Source of the DNA: an uncultured Holophagales bacterium
GTDB taxonomy: Bacteria > Acidobacteriota > Thermoanaerobaculia > Multivoradales > UBA5704
Length of the DNA stretch: 64,000 nucleotides
Direction of reading: 5' to 3'
Assembly: GCA_963842525.1 (NCBI GenBank)
Contig: CAWJGT010000009.1
Coordinates: forward strand, 512,001-576,000
The notes below the pieces were generated by a model that was not told the origin of the DNA, ran no database searches, and saw only the letters and a program-made list of their open reading frames with translations. Below are positions 8,660-21,050 of this stretch, piece after piece (the stretch's first letter is position 1; the number at the start of each line of letters is the position of its first letter). The position numbers were made by a program, and so were the translations under genes.

Positions 8660-10756
8660 TCAGGTCCGCCGCCGTAGCGTAGCCATGGCTCCCTGCACCT
8701 GCGGGTTGTCCGGCTCCAGCTCCCGCGCCTTCTCCAGGTGGCGCAGCGCCTCGTCTCTTCGCTGGTGGCGGTCGAGGACCAGTGCGTAGAGGGTGAGGAT
8801 GCCGACGTCCTCCTCCCGCCGCCGATAGGCTGCCTCGCAGTCAGCCAGCGCTCCGTGAGCGTTGCCGAGGGAGAGGCGGGCCGCGCAGCGCTGGCGCAGG
8901 ACCAGAGGGTCGTTCGTGCGCTGCTCCAGAGCCCGGCTGGCCAGGTTTTCGGCCGAGGCGGCCCTGCCGAGGCTTCCGAGGATGGCCAGATATTCGGTCA
9001 GGTACAGAGAGGCGTCCTGGCGGAGGAAGGGCCGGCTCGCCAGCCGCGCCAGGCGGCCGGGGAGCCCGCTCCGGGGGGTGAGGAACGGCACCCGCGGCGT
9101 CTCCGCAAGCACGGCCCCTCGCTTTGAAAGTGGCCCGGTCCCGTCCTCGCGCACGAACACCGAGGCTTGCGGGTCGAGGTAGACGAGGCGCCACCGGGGA
9201 TCGCTCCGGATCGCCTCGCCGAGGGGAGACCGCAGGGTCTTCGAGTAGTTGCCGAGGACGGCGGTGCGGAACCCGTAGCGCTCTTCCGCCCGGCGCCAGG
9301 CCGCGGGCTGCGACAACATCTTCTTGTAGTCCGCCACCAGCCGCTCGTCGAGGATGCGGCTGTCGATGAACAGCCGGTAGTCGGGGTGGAGCCGCCAGAC
9401 GAGGTAGCCGCCCGTGGCGAAGTCGTTGAAGATCGGGCCCGGAGGACGGTGCCGCAGGAGGAAGTCCGCCGCCCCCGGGCTCGCGGCCTGCGGGTTGACC
9501 ACGAAGAAGGATGTGCGGGGCGCCCCGGCCTCGAAGTCGGAACGGGCGATCCACAGCCCGGCGCTGGCTGCGAGGAGGAACCCGGCGAAGGCCACGGCCG
9601 CGGCCGGATAGGCGAGGCGGAGGAGGGGCCTGCGGGTCCTGCCGGCGTGCCTAGCACCGGCCGCATCGGCCGCATTGGCGATCCCGGCGAACGCGGTGGC
9701 GATCGCCAGGCCGGTGACATGGCGGACGGCCGTGGCGGCGAGCGCGGCGAGGCCGGCGAAGAGGAGCAGGCGCGTCCAGGCGCGCGGTCCGCGGGCCCAC
9801 CGGAAGCTCCATAGTCCAAGCGCCGCCAGCACCACCCAGGCGACGCGGACGGACAGATCGGACGATGAGAAGACGGGTTGCCACTCCAGCACCAGGGGGT
9901 CGCCGCCCCCGCCGGCGAGCCGCGCCGAGGCCGAGCCGAGGAGAGAGCCCAGCAGCTCCAGGCGGCCGCGGAGGAGGGACGGGTGGGCGAGGGACACCAG
10001 CAGGAGCACCGGGACCAGGCGGACGAGGAAACGCCCGTCGATCGGCGGAGCGGCACCATCCGTCCTACCCCGCCAGGGCCTGCGTTGCTCGATCCAGCTC
10101 CCGGCGGCGTACGTGAGGACCGCGAAGATCCCGAGCGGGTAGCCGCCATGCAGGTTCGCCCACAGGGCCTGGAGCCCGGCGAAGAGGACCCCCTCCCTGC
10201 GCCAGGTGAAGGGGCCCTCCCTTTCGAGGAGACGGCAGTAGACGACCAGCAGCAGCCAGGTGACCAGCTCGGATTTCAGGCTCAGCCGCTGGTGGGCCGC
10301 GGCCAGGACGCCCGCCGTCAACAGCGCATTGACCAGTCCCAGGCGGTCGACCGGCGCTGTGGTGTAGACCAGCGTGATCAGCGCGGCGACCAACAGCGCG
10401 CCGAAGACCACGACGCCTCCGAGGCCGAGGGCGCGATCGAGGAGTGCCACCAGCACCGTCCAGAGCCAGGAGTGGTGGACCCAGCCGCCCGGCTCGTCCG
10501 AGGTGTAGAGGAACGGGTCCCGCTCCGGGATTCCCCCGGTCTCGAGGATGGCCTTGCCGCTGGTCAGGTACCACCAGACGTCCTCGTTCCAGAGATAGCC
10601 CAGGGTGAGCGCACCGGCCACGGCGAGCAGGGGCGCCAGCAGCGCCAGGGAGAAGGGGGTCCAGCGAGGTTTCTCCAGGGAGCCTTCGACCAGCGGCTCC
10701 AGCCGCCGGGACGAGAAACCGGAAGACCGCTTCTTCGGAGACCGTTTGCGCGCCAT
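8660..10756 (-). CDS. Polytopic membrane protein (GT-C-like) with C-terminal TPR repeats
   Basis: [20 protein letters not shown] motifs; TPR-like tail. Confidence 0.75.
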   Translation of the reverse strand: MARKRSPKKRSSGFSSRRLEPLVEGSLEKPRWTPFSLALLAPLLAVAGALTLGYLWNEDVWWYLTSGKAILETGGIPERDPFLYTSDEPGGWVHHSWLWTVLVALLDRALGLGGVVVFGALLVAALITLVYTTAPVDRLGLVNALLTAGVLAAAHQRLSLKSELVTWLLLVVYCRLLEREGPFTWRREGVLFAGLQALWANLHGGYPLGIFAVLTYAAGSWIEQRRPWRGRTDGAAPPIDGRFLVRLVPVLLLVSLAHPSLLRGRLELLGSLLGSASARLAGGGGDPLVLEWQPVFSSSDLSVRVAWVVLAALGLWSFRWARGPRAWTRLLLFAGLAALAATAVRHVTGLAIATAFAGIANAADAAGARHAGRTRRPLLRLAYPAAAVAFAGFLLAASAGLWIARSDFEAGAPRTSFFVVNPQAASPGAADFLLRHRPPGPIFNDFATGGYLVWRLHPDYRLFIDSRILDERLVADYKKMLSQPAAWRRAEERYGFRTAVLGNYSKTLRSPLGEAIRSDPRWRLVYLDPQASVFVREDGTGPLSKRGAVLAETPRVPFLTPRSGLPGRLARLASRPFLRQDASLYLTEYLAILGSLGRAASAENLASRALEQRTNDPLVLRQRCAARLSLGNAHGALADCEAAYRRREEDVGILTLYALVLDRHQRRDEALRHLEKARELEPDNPQVQGAMATLRRRT

Positions 10757-10814
10757 CGAGGATTCAAAGATAGCATCGAGGCAAGCAGCCTGACGACGCC
10801 TATAATCCCCACCC

Positions 10815-11215
10815 ATGCCCCCCACCCCCGCAACCCACCTCGCCATCGACCCCCGCCTGGTTGGAGAGCCGCTCGACCTCGGCGAGGGGACCGCCCGTGT
10901 GGCCCTGACCACCTTGCCCGAGATGGCGGCGGACGGCCGCGGCCTGGTCCACGGCGGGTTCGTCTTCGGCCTCGCCGACTACGCTGCCATGCTCGCGGTC
11001 AACGACCCCAACGTCGTGCTGGGCGGCGCCGAGGTGCGCTTCCTGAAGCCCGTGATCGTCGGGGAGCGGCTGGTCGCCGAGGCGCATGTGATCGAGGTGA
11101 AAGGACGCCGGCAGCGCGTCGACGTCGTGGTGTCGCGCGACGACGACGTCGTGATGGCGGGCGAGCTCGCCTGCGCCGTCCTCGACCGTCATGTCCTGGA
11201 CCGGGAGGGCCGGAG

Positions 11216-11219
<4 letters not shown>
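10815..11219 (+). CDS. PaaI-family hotdog thioesterase
   Basis: [13 protein letters not shown] and VRFLKPV. Confidence 0.88.
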
Positions 11220-12964
<1,745 letters not shown>

Positions 12965-12979
12965 GGAAAGCCCGCTTCG

Positions 12980-13400
12980 CGGCCGGAGCAAGAGCGAAAC
13001 ACCAGGCAGCCGGCACCCTGGCCGGGCCGTCCGTCGCCCCGAGCACGATCCGCAGCACCAGCACGGCCGCGACGGAGAGGAGGACCGCTTTCGGATAGGG
13101 AGTCGTCGGCGCGATGTCGAGCAGCGCGAAGAAGACCACGACGAACGCCGGATGAGCAGCGTATCGAGCCCTGTGAAGTGGATCGCCAGCCGGCGGGTAC
13201 CGAGGAGTGCGACGGCGACGAGCGCTGTCACGATCAGGGTCGTGAGGCTGGTGGAGAACAGGAGCTTCGCCCAGAGAGCGGCAAAGAGAGAAGCAGCGGC
13301 CAGCCATCCGGCCCACGGGGCGGAGCCCCGGGCGGCGAACCGTACGGCGAGTGGGCGGGCGCAGAGCGCGCCGATCCCCGGGAGCGTTGGCGTTGACGAC
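12980..13400 (-). pseudogene. Frameshifted membrane-protein fragment
   Basis: Hydrophobic stretches in two minus-strand frames (WAGWLAAASLFAALWAKLL; AFVVVFFALLD); no start. Confidence 0.35.
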
Positions 13401-13842
13401 GCTCCAGGCATCGCCGCGCAGCCGGCCCGGCATGCCGTTGACGATGCGGGCGGTGAAGCGGCAGGTGCCGCCGGTGGACGGGATTTTTGATCGCAGCCTT
13501 CGCCGAGGTAGACACGGACGGGCAGCGACTTGAGCCGCACGTCGCCGGCGTCGTAGTGCTGGTCCTCGGCCGCTGCTGGTGTCTTTCCCTCCCGGAGCGC
13601 CGTTTCGGCAACTCGTTACCTGGGTCGTGCTCGCCGGCCAAACGACCTCGACCTGCAAGGCCTCAGTCCAAATCGTAGATGGTGACTTCCATGCTGATCG
13701 GCAAGCCGGAGCCAGAACTGTGGTCAAGGTTATGCGCAGTTCCGGGCGGGAGACTTTCGGCTGTAGGAATTCCGGTTTGTAACCTTCCTCTTCGTCCCTG
13801 GATTAATCTTCTATAGAGGGAGAAGATGAAAGGGCCGAGACC

Positions 13843-14490
13843 ATGAGCGAGCCGGAAATAGGACGGCTCGACCCGCAGGTGATCCTGGGTAGGCCGGGGT
13901 TGTCCTGGACGCCGACGGAGGTCGAGGTCATCTGCGATTGGTTGTTTGAGCCATCCCGCTATCGGCAATTCCTGCATTGGGGGGTACGCTTTCTCGGGCA
14001 GTACGCCGTCGCCGAGGACGCCGAGGATGCACTCTCCGAGTTCCTACAGAGCAGGCTGAAGGGAATCATCCGGAAGTTCGATCCTTCCAGGTTGTCCTTC
14101 TCAGGCTATCTCCTGGTCTGCTTCCGTCAGTTTTGCTCGCGTGCTCGCGTCCGCTTGGAGAAACGGGAAACGCGGCGGGCTCCTGGCCTCTGGCTTGTGC
14201 GGGAAGAGGAGCAGCAGACCATCGAGAACAGCCCGGAGCTCATCGTCGACAGTCGATTCGATCTCCACAGGAGTCTCGAAGACAAAGAGCAGGCGGAGGC
14301 GATCCGGCGCGCCCTTAAGGTACTCCCGCCCCAGTATTCGAGCGTGGTCGTCCTCCACCATTTCCAGGGCAAAAGTACAGCCGAAATCGCCCGGGAACTC
14401 GGGATTTCCGAGACAAACGCAAAGGTGAGACTGTTCCGCGCCCGGCATATGCTCTCGGAACGGATTCATGGCGAGGGTAAGAAAAAATGA
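13843..14490 (+). CDS. ECF-type RNA polymerase sigma factor
   Basis: Region 2 DAEDALSEF...FDPSRLSFSGYL; region 4 LPPQYSSVVVL..FQGKSTAEIARELGISETNAKVRLFRAR. Confidence 0.9.
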   Translation: MSEPEIGRLDPQVILGRPGLSWTPTEVEVICDWLFEPSRYRQFLHWGVRFLGQYAVAEDAEDALSEFLQSRLKGIIRKFDPSRLSFSGYLLVCFRQFCSRARVRLEKRETRRAPGLWLVREEEQQTIENSPELIVDSRFDLHRSLEDKEQAEAIRRALKVLPPQYSSVVVLHHFQGKSTAEIARELGISETNAKVRLFRARHMLSERIHGEGKKK

Positions 14491-16115
14491 ACGCCAGAAA
14501 CACAAAAAAGCATCTTCCGGACCTGCTGGCGGGCCTTCGCCTGTCGCCCCTGGAGAGGGTGGGGGATCATCTGACCGCCGAAGAGTTCGTCGGCTTCATG
14601 TTGGTCGAGGAGCACATTGCCACCTGCCCGAACTGCGCCGAGGAGGTGGAACAACTGACTGAGGCGGCAGAGGTGTGGCGGACTCCGGAGGCGGATAGCC
14701 GTCGCCTTGAGTTGCGCGACCGGATCAAGGAATCCTTGGCGGCGCAGCACGGCGGCCGGTATGGGGCAATCTTCCGTCCGGTCCGCCCGGAGCCAAGCCC
14801 CGATCCGGGACGTAGCACCAAAGAGTTCGGGACGTGGACAGAGCGCCCGGTCCCCTCCACTCGCCGGGCAGGACCGTTTCGCGTGTCCGCCAAGCCTGTG
14901 GTAGCCATCGATATCGGCTCCTCCAAGGTGGCGGTTCTCATCGGCCAGGTCGACAGCCGGGGAGATCTGGAGATCATCGGTAGGGGCCTAGCACCCAACC
15001 GGGGCACCCGGAAGGGGAACATCGTCAACGTCGAAGCGACCGTTGAGGCCCTCAAGGCGGCAGTCGAGGAGGCCGAAGTGATGGCCGGTGTTGAGATTTT
15101 TCGCGCCTATGTCGGGATAGCTGGTGCCGATGTCCGGAGTGTCAACTCGAAGGGCATGGTCTCCGTCGCCCGGAGCGACCAAGAGATCACCCGGGAGGAC
15201 ATCCTGCGGGTTCTCGACACGGCGAAGTCGGCTGCATTGCCGTCCGACCGCGAGATCCTCCACGTCGTGCCGCAGGAGTTTATCGTCGACGAGCAGGGCG
15301 GCATCGACGACCCGCTCGGCATGCTCGGCACGCGCCTCGAGGTCATGGTCCATCTCGTGACCGGCAACATCACTCGGTCGCGGACGCTCCTGACCTGCGT
15401 CAACCGGGCCGGCATCGAAGTCGTCGAGATGGTTTTCGAGCCGCTCGCCACGGCCGAGGCCGTGCTCACCCAGGACGAGCGCGAGCTCGGCGCCCTGCTG
15501 GTCGACGTCGGCGCTGGCACCACTGAATACGCCCTCTTCTCGAAGGGGGAGATCCAGTACAGCGGCGTGGCGCCGATCGGCGCCGGCCATTTCACCAACG
15601 ATCTGGCCATGGTGCTGCGCACGCCGTTCGCCGAGGCCGAGCGCATCAAGACCAAGCAGGGATGCTGCCTGCCGAGCATGGTCACCAACGACGAGGGGAT
15701 CGCGGTGCCGACTGTGGCGGGTAGCACATCGCGGATCGTCCCCAAGCGCGAGCTGTGCGAGATCCTGCAGCCGCGCGCCGAGGAACTGTTCAGCCTCCTA
15801 CGCGAGGACCTGCTCAAGCACTCGCCCGACGAGGACTTGCGCGGCGGCGTCGTGCTCACCGGCGGCGGCGCACAGCTCGATGGCCTGCTCGAACTCGCCG
15901 AGCAGATCTTCGACGCGGGCGTGCGCTACGGGCTGCCGCGCGGCCTGGGGGGACTGGTTGACGTGATCAGCAGCCCCTCCTGGTCGGCGGCCTCGGGACT
16001 GCTCCTCTATGCCCTCATCGCCGAGGAAGTGCAGCCACGGCCGCGGCAGAAGTCCGGGTTCGGCGTGCGCGGATTCGTGTCTTTTCTGCGAGGTATTTTC
16101 TCCGGGCTGCTGTAA
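14487..16115 (+). CDS. ftsA: Zinc anti-sigma (zf-HC2/ZAS-like) domain fused to full-length FtsA
   Basis: N-terminal EEHIATCPNC; then AIDIGSSK, VDVGAGTT, GVVLTGGGA and amphipathic tail FVSFLRGIFSGLL. Confidence 0.9.
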   Translation: MNARNTKKHLPDLLAGLRLSPLERVGDHLTAEEFVGFMLVEEHIATCPNCAEEVEQLTEAAEVWRTPEADSRRLELRDRIKESLAAQHGGRYGAIFRPVRPEPSPDPGRSTKEFGTWTERPVPSTRRAGPFRVSAKPVVAIDIGSSKVAVLIGQVDSRGDLEIIGRGLAPNRGTRKGNIVNVEATVEALKAAVEEAEVMAGVEIFRAYVGIAGADVRSVNSKGMVSVARSDQEITREDILRVLDTAKSAALPSDREILHVVPQEFIVDEQGGIDDPLGMLGTRLEVMVHLVTGNITRSRTLLTCVNRAGIEVVEMVFEPLATAEAVLTQDERELGALLVDVGAGTTEYALFSKGEIQYSGVAPIGAGHFTNDLAMVLRTPFAEAERIKTKQGCCLPSMVTNDEGIAVPTVAGSTSRIVPKRELCEILQPRAEELFSLLREDLLKHSPDEDLRGGVVLTGGGAQLDGLLELAEQIFDAGVRYGLPRGLGGLVDVISSPSWSAASGLLLYALIAEEVQPRPRQKSGFGVRGFVSFLRGIFSGLL

Positions 16116-16151
16116 GGACGGGAGCTGACTAGAAGCCGTGAGGTTAGGACC

Positions 16152-17420
16152 ATGATCCTGTTCGATGAAGACAGAACTCCTGAGGCAGTGGGGCCTGAGA
16201 GGCCGTGCGCCCCACAGGCGGAGGGCTCAGTTGTTCACATCAAGGTTATAGGCGTCGGGGGGGGGGGTGGCAACGCGGTTAATCGCATGATTGACGCCCG
16301 GCTCCGCGGAGTCGAGTTCATTGCCATCAACACCGACCTGCAGGCGCTGAACAAATGCCGGGCACCGGTGAAGCTCCCGATCGGCAAGTTGCTCACCAAA
16401 GGTCTCGGAGCTGGCGCTGACCCCGAGATTGGACGCAAGGCGGTCCTGGAGGATACTGAGGAAATCCTCAAGGTACTCGAAGGAGCGGATATGGTCTTCC
16501 TCACGGCTGGCCTGGGCGGCGGCACCGGCACGGGCGCAGTACCGATCATCGCCTCCCTGGCGGCCGAGGTCGGAGCGCTGACCGTGGCGGTGGTCACCAA
16601 ACCCTTCGGCTTCGAGGGCCGGCGCCGCATGCAATTGGCCGAGTGCGGGATCGAGGATCTGCGCAATTCGGTCGATACGCTGATCGCCATCCCCAACGAG
16701 CGCCTGCTCAACTTCGTCGAAAGGGGCACGCCGCTTTCCGAAGCCTTCCGCATCGCCGACGACGTACTGCGCCAAGCGGTGCAGGGCATCGGCGACCTGA
16801 TCACCATCCCGGGCGAGGTCAACGTCGATTTTGCGGACGTGCGGACGATCATGACCGGCATGGGCATGGCGCTGATGGGCACGGGCTTCGCGAAGGGCGA
16901 GCATCGGGCGATCGAGGCGGCGCAGCGGGCGATCTCCTCACCGCTGCTCGAAGAGACTTCGATCCAGGGCGCCAAGGGTGTGCTGATCAACATCTCCGGA
17001 GGCCTCGACCTGACGCTGCACGAAGTGGCCGAGGCGGCGCGCATCATCGCCGACGCGGTCGATCCGGATGCCAACATCATCTCAGGCATGGTGATCGATC
17101 CGCAGCTCGAAGAGACGATGAAGGTGACCGTCATCGCGACCGGCTTCGAACGCAGCCTCGACGTCGTCCGGCCATTGCCACCAGTGGTGAGCGTCCCGCG
17201 TTCGCTCTCCGCGCAGCCGGCCTACAACGCCCCATCGCCGGCCCCGGCGCTCGCCGCAGCCGCCGAGAGGGAGGAACCCGAGCGTTCGGCCGCGGACGTG
17301 CCGTTCTACCGCAAGGCCATCGCGCACCTGCGAGGGGACGACCCAAACGGCTTCGGCCCTAACTGGTTGAACGTGGACGACTACGATATTCCGACCGTGC
17401 TGAGGAAGCAGATGGATTGA
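16152..17420 (+). CDS. ftsZ: Cell division protein FtsZ, probably a second copy outside the dcw cluster
   Basis: [31 protein letters not shown]7 loop, C-terminal [11 protein letters not shown]. Confidence 0.96.
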   Translation: MILFDEDRTPEAVGPERPCAPQAEGSVVHIKVIGVGGGGGNAVNRMIDARLRGVEFIAINTDLQALNKCRAPVKLPIGKLLTKGLGAGADPEIGRKAVLEDTEEILKVLEGADMVFLTAGLGGGTGTGAVPIIASLAAEVGALTVAVVTKPFGFEGRRRMQLAECGIEDLRNSVDTLIAIPNERLLNFVERGTPLSEAFRIADDVLRQAVQGIGDLITIPGEVNVDFADVRTIMTGMGMALMGTGFAKGEHRAIEAAQRAISSPLLEETSIQGAKGVLINISGGLDLTLHEVAEAARIIADAVDPDANIISGMVIDPQLEETMKVTVIATGFERSLDVVRPLPPVVSVPRSLSAQPAYNAPSPAPALAAAAEREEPERSAADVPFYRKAIAHLRGDDPNGFGPNWLNVDDYDIPTVLRKQMD

Positions 17421-17920
17421 TGGAGAAGATTGTGAATCGAGGTCGCCATCCGATGCTCCAACTCGAGCTTACTGACTCCTCGGCATCCGCTGCTAACCAA
17501 CCCCGCTGTCGAGGGAAGCAGTACGCCGCGGACTTCTTCATCTGTCACGCTTACGAGGACTGCGACTTCGCCGAGCTCCTCAAGATGAAGATCGAGGAGA
17601 GAGGCTACACGGCTTGGGTCGACACCGAAAGGCTCCGAGCCGGCAAGGATTGGCGGAGTGAGATCGACGAGGGAATCAGGGGTTGCTGTGCACTGATCGT
17701 GATTATGAGCCCAAATGCCAGGAAGTCGGAGTACGTGACCTATGAATGGGCCTTTGCATGGGGAGTGGGAGTCAAGGTGATTCCGATAGTGCTCAAGCCG
17801 ACGCCTCTGCATCCACGGCTTGAGGCGCTGCAGTATTTAGACTTCACAAACCGGGCGGGCCGGCCCTGGTCACGGCTCCTCGAAATGCTTGATGACGAGG
17901 CCCGGCAGGTGATTGGATAG
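17420..17920 (+). CDS. TIR-domain protein
   Basis: FFICHAYED, WVD, W..EIDEGI, SPNARKSEYVTYEW with catalytic-position Glu; TGATG overlap with ftsZ. Confidence 0.88.
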   Translation: MEKIVNRGRHPMLQLELTDSSASAANQPRCRGKQYAADFFICHAYEDCDFAELLKMKIEERGYTAWVDTERLRAGKDWRSEIDEGIRGCCALIVIMSPNARKSEYVTYEWAFAWGVGVKVIPIVLKPTPLHPRLEALQYLDFTNRAGRPWSRLLEMLDDEARQVIG

Positions 17921-18071
17921 CTGGAACCTTCAGGTCCGGCCTCCACGGCTCAGGAGAGTGCGCGGGAGGACGCGAAAGATCGCTGCGGAGGAAACGGGTA
18001 CGGAGGCGGGCACCTCTTCCATGAACGACGCCGGGAGGCATTTGGCTTTAGGCAAGTCGTGCCCGCCTCAC

Positions 18072-18254
18072 CTACCGCTTCTGATCGCCCCGGTCCCCTT
18101 GGCCCTTCGGAACCGTCGTCTTCGCTTTCTTTTTCCGATTCTGGCTGAGAGATTTGCCGACGTCGACCACTTCGGCGAACTGGCCTTTCTCGTTGCGCCG
18201 GACGTAGCGCTTGTCCGTTCCCGTGTCGATGAGCTCGCGCTTGGATGCTGCCAT
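18072..18254 (-). CDS. Small basic conserved-looking hypothetical protein
   Basis: RELIDTGTDKRYVRR..KGQF...VDVG.SL...GQGDRGD; AGGAG RBS. Confidence 0.7.
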   Translation of the reverse strand: MAASKRELIDTGTDKRYVRRNEKGQFAEVVDVGKSLSQNRKKKAKTTVPKGQGDRGDQKR

Positions 18255-18277
18255 GAGGTCTCCTTTCGGTCTTTATT

Positions 18278-18851
18278 TTATGCCGCCTTGTGGCTCAGGA
18301 GGCAGAGGGCATGGCCCTCGAGCTCTTCGGCGCGGTGGGTGGCGGTGTGCTCGCGCAGGACCCTGGCGCGGGCCCTCTGGCCGAGGGCGCGACGCTCGGG
18401 CTCTGGGATGTCCCGCAGGTAGCACAGGACGTCACCGGCGTGGCGCACGGTGAGGATCTCCTCGCCGATCTTGCAAAAGGAGCCGAGGCCCGGCCAGGAG
18501 TCGGAGAGGATCGGCGTTCCGCAGGCCGCGGCCTCGAAGAGCCGCACGCTTGGCAACCAGCCGGCCGCGATCATGTCGGCCCGCGTCATGGTCAAGCTGA
18601 AGCGCTGGGCGTTGTAGAAGCGCCGGTGTTTGGCGGGCGCCAAGTGCTGGAACCGCTTGACGCTCTTCGGCCAACGGATCGCCTTCGGATATTGTGGACC
18701 GGCCACCACGAAGCGCCCTTCGCTCCAGCGGCGCGCCGGCTCCACCAGCAGCCGGTCCAGCGGTCGGCTGGCGGTCGTCGCTGTAGGTGCCCATGTAGCC
18801 GAGGTCCCAGCGGTGCTCCACCTCTTCCGGATAGTAGGGGTCGGGATCGAG
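18278..18851 (-). pseudogene. CgeB-like glycosyltransferase 3' fragment
   Basis: DLGYMGTYSDDRQP, AGPQYP, PSVRLFEAAACG; frameshift near 18765; 5' end cut by the repeat. Confidence 0.75.
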
Positions 18852-19798
18852 CAAGCGGAAGGAAGCGCTGCGCGAGGCCGACCTGGTCCTCCTCGCGGGC
18901 ATCCCGAGCGACTTCCGCCTCGACTATGGCCGCCAGGTCGGCCGCAAGACCGAGCTGATCTCGGTCAACCGCAGCGAAGAAGACCTGCGGAAGAACCGCA
19001 AGCCGGACCTCGCCGTCCATGCCGATCCCGCCCTCTTCCTGCGCGGCCTCGCCGTGGAGCTCGGTGCAGAGAAAGGCGAGCGCTGGAAGGAGTGGCTCGG
19101 GGACCTGCGCACCCGCGACCTGCAGCGCGAGCGGGAGATCGGCCAGCAGGCCCAAGTCGCCCCGGAGGCCCCGGAGACCACGGAGACCCCGGAGAGCCCG
19201 GAGAGCCCGGAAGACACCGAGCTGGTCAACCCCATCCACCTCTGCCGCGAGATCGACCGCCTGCTCGCGCCGGACAGCGTCCTGGTGGCCGACGGCGGCG
19301 ACTTCGTGGCCACCGCCGCCTACACCGTGAGCCCGCGCAAACCCCTCTCCTGGCTCGACCCGGGCGTCTTCGGCACCCTGGGGGTCGGCGGCGGCTTCGC
19401 CCTGGGCGCCAAGCTCTGCCGGCCCGAGGCGGACGTCTGGATCCTCTACGGCGACGGCTCCGTGGCCTACAGCCTGGCCGAGCTCGACTCCTTCGCCCGC
19501 CACGGCGTCCCCGTCCTGGCGGTCGTCGGCAACGACGCCGCCTGGATGCAGATCGCCCGCGAGCAGATCGAGATCTTCAAGGACGACGTCGGCGTCGTCC
19601 TCGCCCGCACCGACTACCACAAGGTCGCAGAGGGCTACGGCGGCCGGGGCCTGGTGGTGACCCGGAACGCCGACGTCCGCGCCGTCCTCGAAGAGGCCCT
19701 CGCCCTCGTCCGCGCCGGCCACCCGATGCTGGTCAACGCCCACCTCGCAAAGACCGAGTTCCGCAAGGGCTCGATCTCGATGTAAGGAAAGCCCGCTT
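18852..19798 (+). pseudogene. Right repeat copy: 3' half of the TPP-enzyme gene with a 36 bp longer repetitive linker
   Basis: Near-identical to 12067-12977; VAPEAPETTETPESPESPEDT replaces TGTETLEDT. Confidence 0.93.
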
Positions 19799-20256
19799 TG
19801 CGCGCGCCGCGAAAGCCTTGGGGCAGTCATTGCCCTTCGGACGTGTGCCGCAGGACCCTGACAGTTTCGAGACGGACCTGGCCAGCAAAAGGCGACGTCT
19901 CTCCAATCAATTTGGCGCTCTGCCCAATGTGCCGCCGAACGATCCAGTCTTGCCGCCAAGTGGTGGCAGACCATTGCGGCATACCTGGAGCTAGTTAGAG
20001 AATTGGATTTGAAGCCTCAAAACGGGTATGATATGCCGCGAACAGTCGGCAAGCTCTCCCGAGTTTGGACGGGCCATGCCGCCTATTGCAGGAGACTCGC
20101 GGCAAATTGACCGGGAGTGGCACTCTCCAGTCCGGCAGTCGATACCTGCCTGGGTCTGGAAGACGGACGCTGGACCGGACCGCCCAGTAGCTGGCGCAAA
20201 GTCGCAGCCGGAGAGCCGCGAGTCGCCGCTCGTTGTTCGGGACAGGAGGAGGGTTG

Positions 20257-20763
20257 ATGCGAGCCAACCGATCCATTGCCGACCTTGTAGCCCGATTGGA
20301 GGCCCAGGCCGCCTTCCATCGGGAGCGGGAGGCCCTTCATGCCAAGCAGGAAGACCTGCACCGGCAGCAGCGCACCCACCACGCTGCCGAGCTCGAGCAG
20401 ATCGCCGTACGCCTGGACGCCTTCCGGTCCGCCTCCGCCGCCGTCCTGGAGCTCGCCGACCGGATCGTGCCTCCCGACCCTGGAGAAGACGGCGAGGACT
20501 TCGGCCCCGCCTACCGTCCCCGGCTCGGCCGGATGGTCAAGAGAGTGATCGAAGGCCTAGGCGAAACCGGCCGCTTCGGCCCCGCCTGGGTCACCAGCGA
20601 GATCAACCGCCGCTTCGGCCAGGGCCTCCGCAAACCCGTCAAGGCCCGCCAGATCTCGGTCGTCCTCCGCCGCATGCACCGCTACGGCCGCATCCACCTC
20701 GTCCGCGAGGGCCGCCCGCACCACGAGGCGCTGTACAGCCGGACGGCGGGTGGGGCGCGTTGA
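20257..20763 (+). CDS. Hypothetical coiled-coil plus winged-helix-like protein
   Basis: AGGAGG RBS; helical N-terminus, basic C-terminus. Confidence 0.65.
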   Translation: MRANRSIADLVARLEAQAAFHREREALHAKQEDLHRQQRTHHAAELEQIAVRLDAFRSASAAVLELADRIVPPDPGEDGEDFGPAYRPRLGRMVKRVIEGLGETGRFGPAWVTSEINRRFGQGLRKPVKARQISVVLRRMHRYGRIHLVREGRPHHEALYSRTAGGAR

Positions 20764-20837
20764 CTCTGTAGAATAGGGGCCATGATTCCCCGATTCTCGT
20801 GGAATCTTCTTGACCCGACCCAGCGAGGCGACACCCC

Positions 20838-21050
20838 ATGAGCGCGAAGCCCCGAACCGCCACCCTGGAAACGGAAGTGCCTGCCCACCTGCTCGGCCAG
20901 ATGAAGTCGCTCGTAGAGTCTGGATGGTTCCGGGACCTCGACGAGATTGTCGTGCATGCCTTGCGGCGTTTTCTGGATTCCCACCGCAGTGACCTGATGG
21001 AGGAGCTCATCCGGGAGGACGTGGAGTGGGGCCTCCATGGAGCCGATTGA
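20838..21050 (+). CDS. RHH/CopG-like antitoxin
   Basis: LVESGWFRDLDEIV..ALRRFL; overlaps downstream PIN gene. Confidence 0.75.
   Translation: MSAKPRTATLETEVPAHLLGQMKSLVESGWFRDLDEIVVHALRRFLDSHRSDLMEELIREDVEWGLHGAD

Noticed and set aside
9878-11215. Long N-terminal extension of the TPP enzyme and other long antisense ORFs
   Set aside because: Shadow ORFs typical of high-GC DNA; they overlap well-supported genes
16152-17920. FtsZ-TIR fusion hidden by an indel
   Set aside because: FtsZ ends at its natural conserved terminus with a standard TGATG coupling, so two genes are more likely
19798-19998. HNH nuclease remnant (NLALCPMCRR)
   Set aside because: Catalytic His residues are absent and the match is too short to support a call
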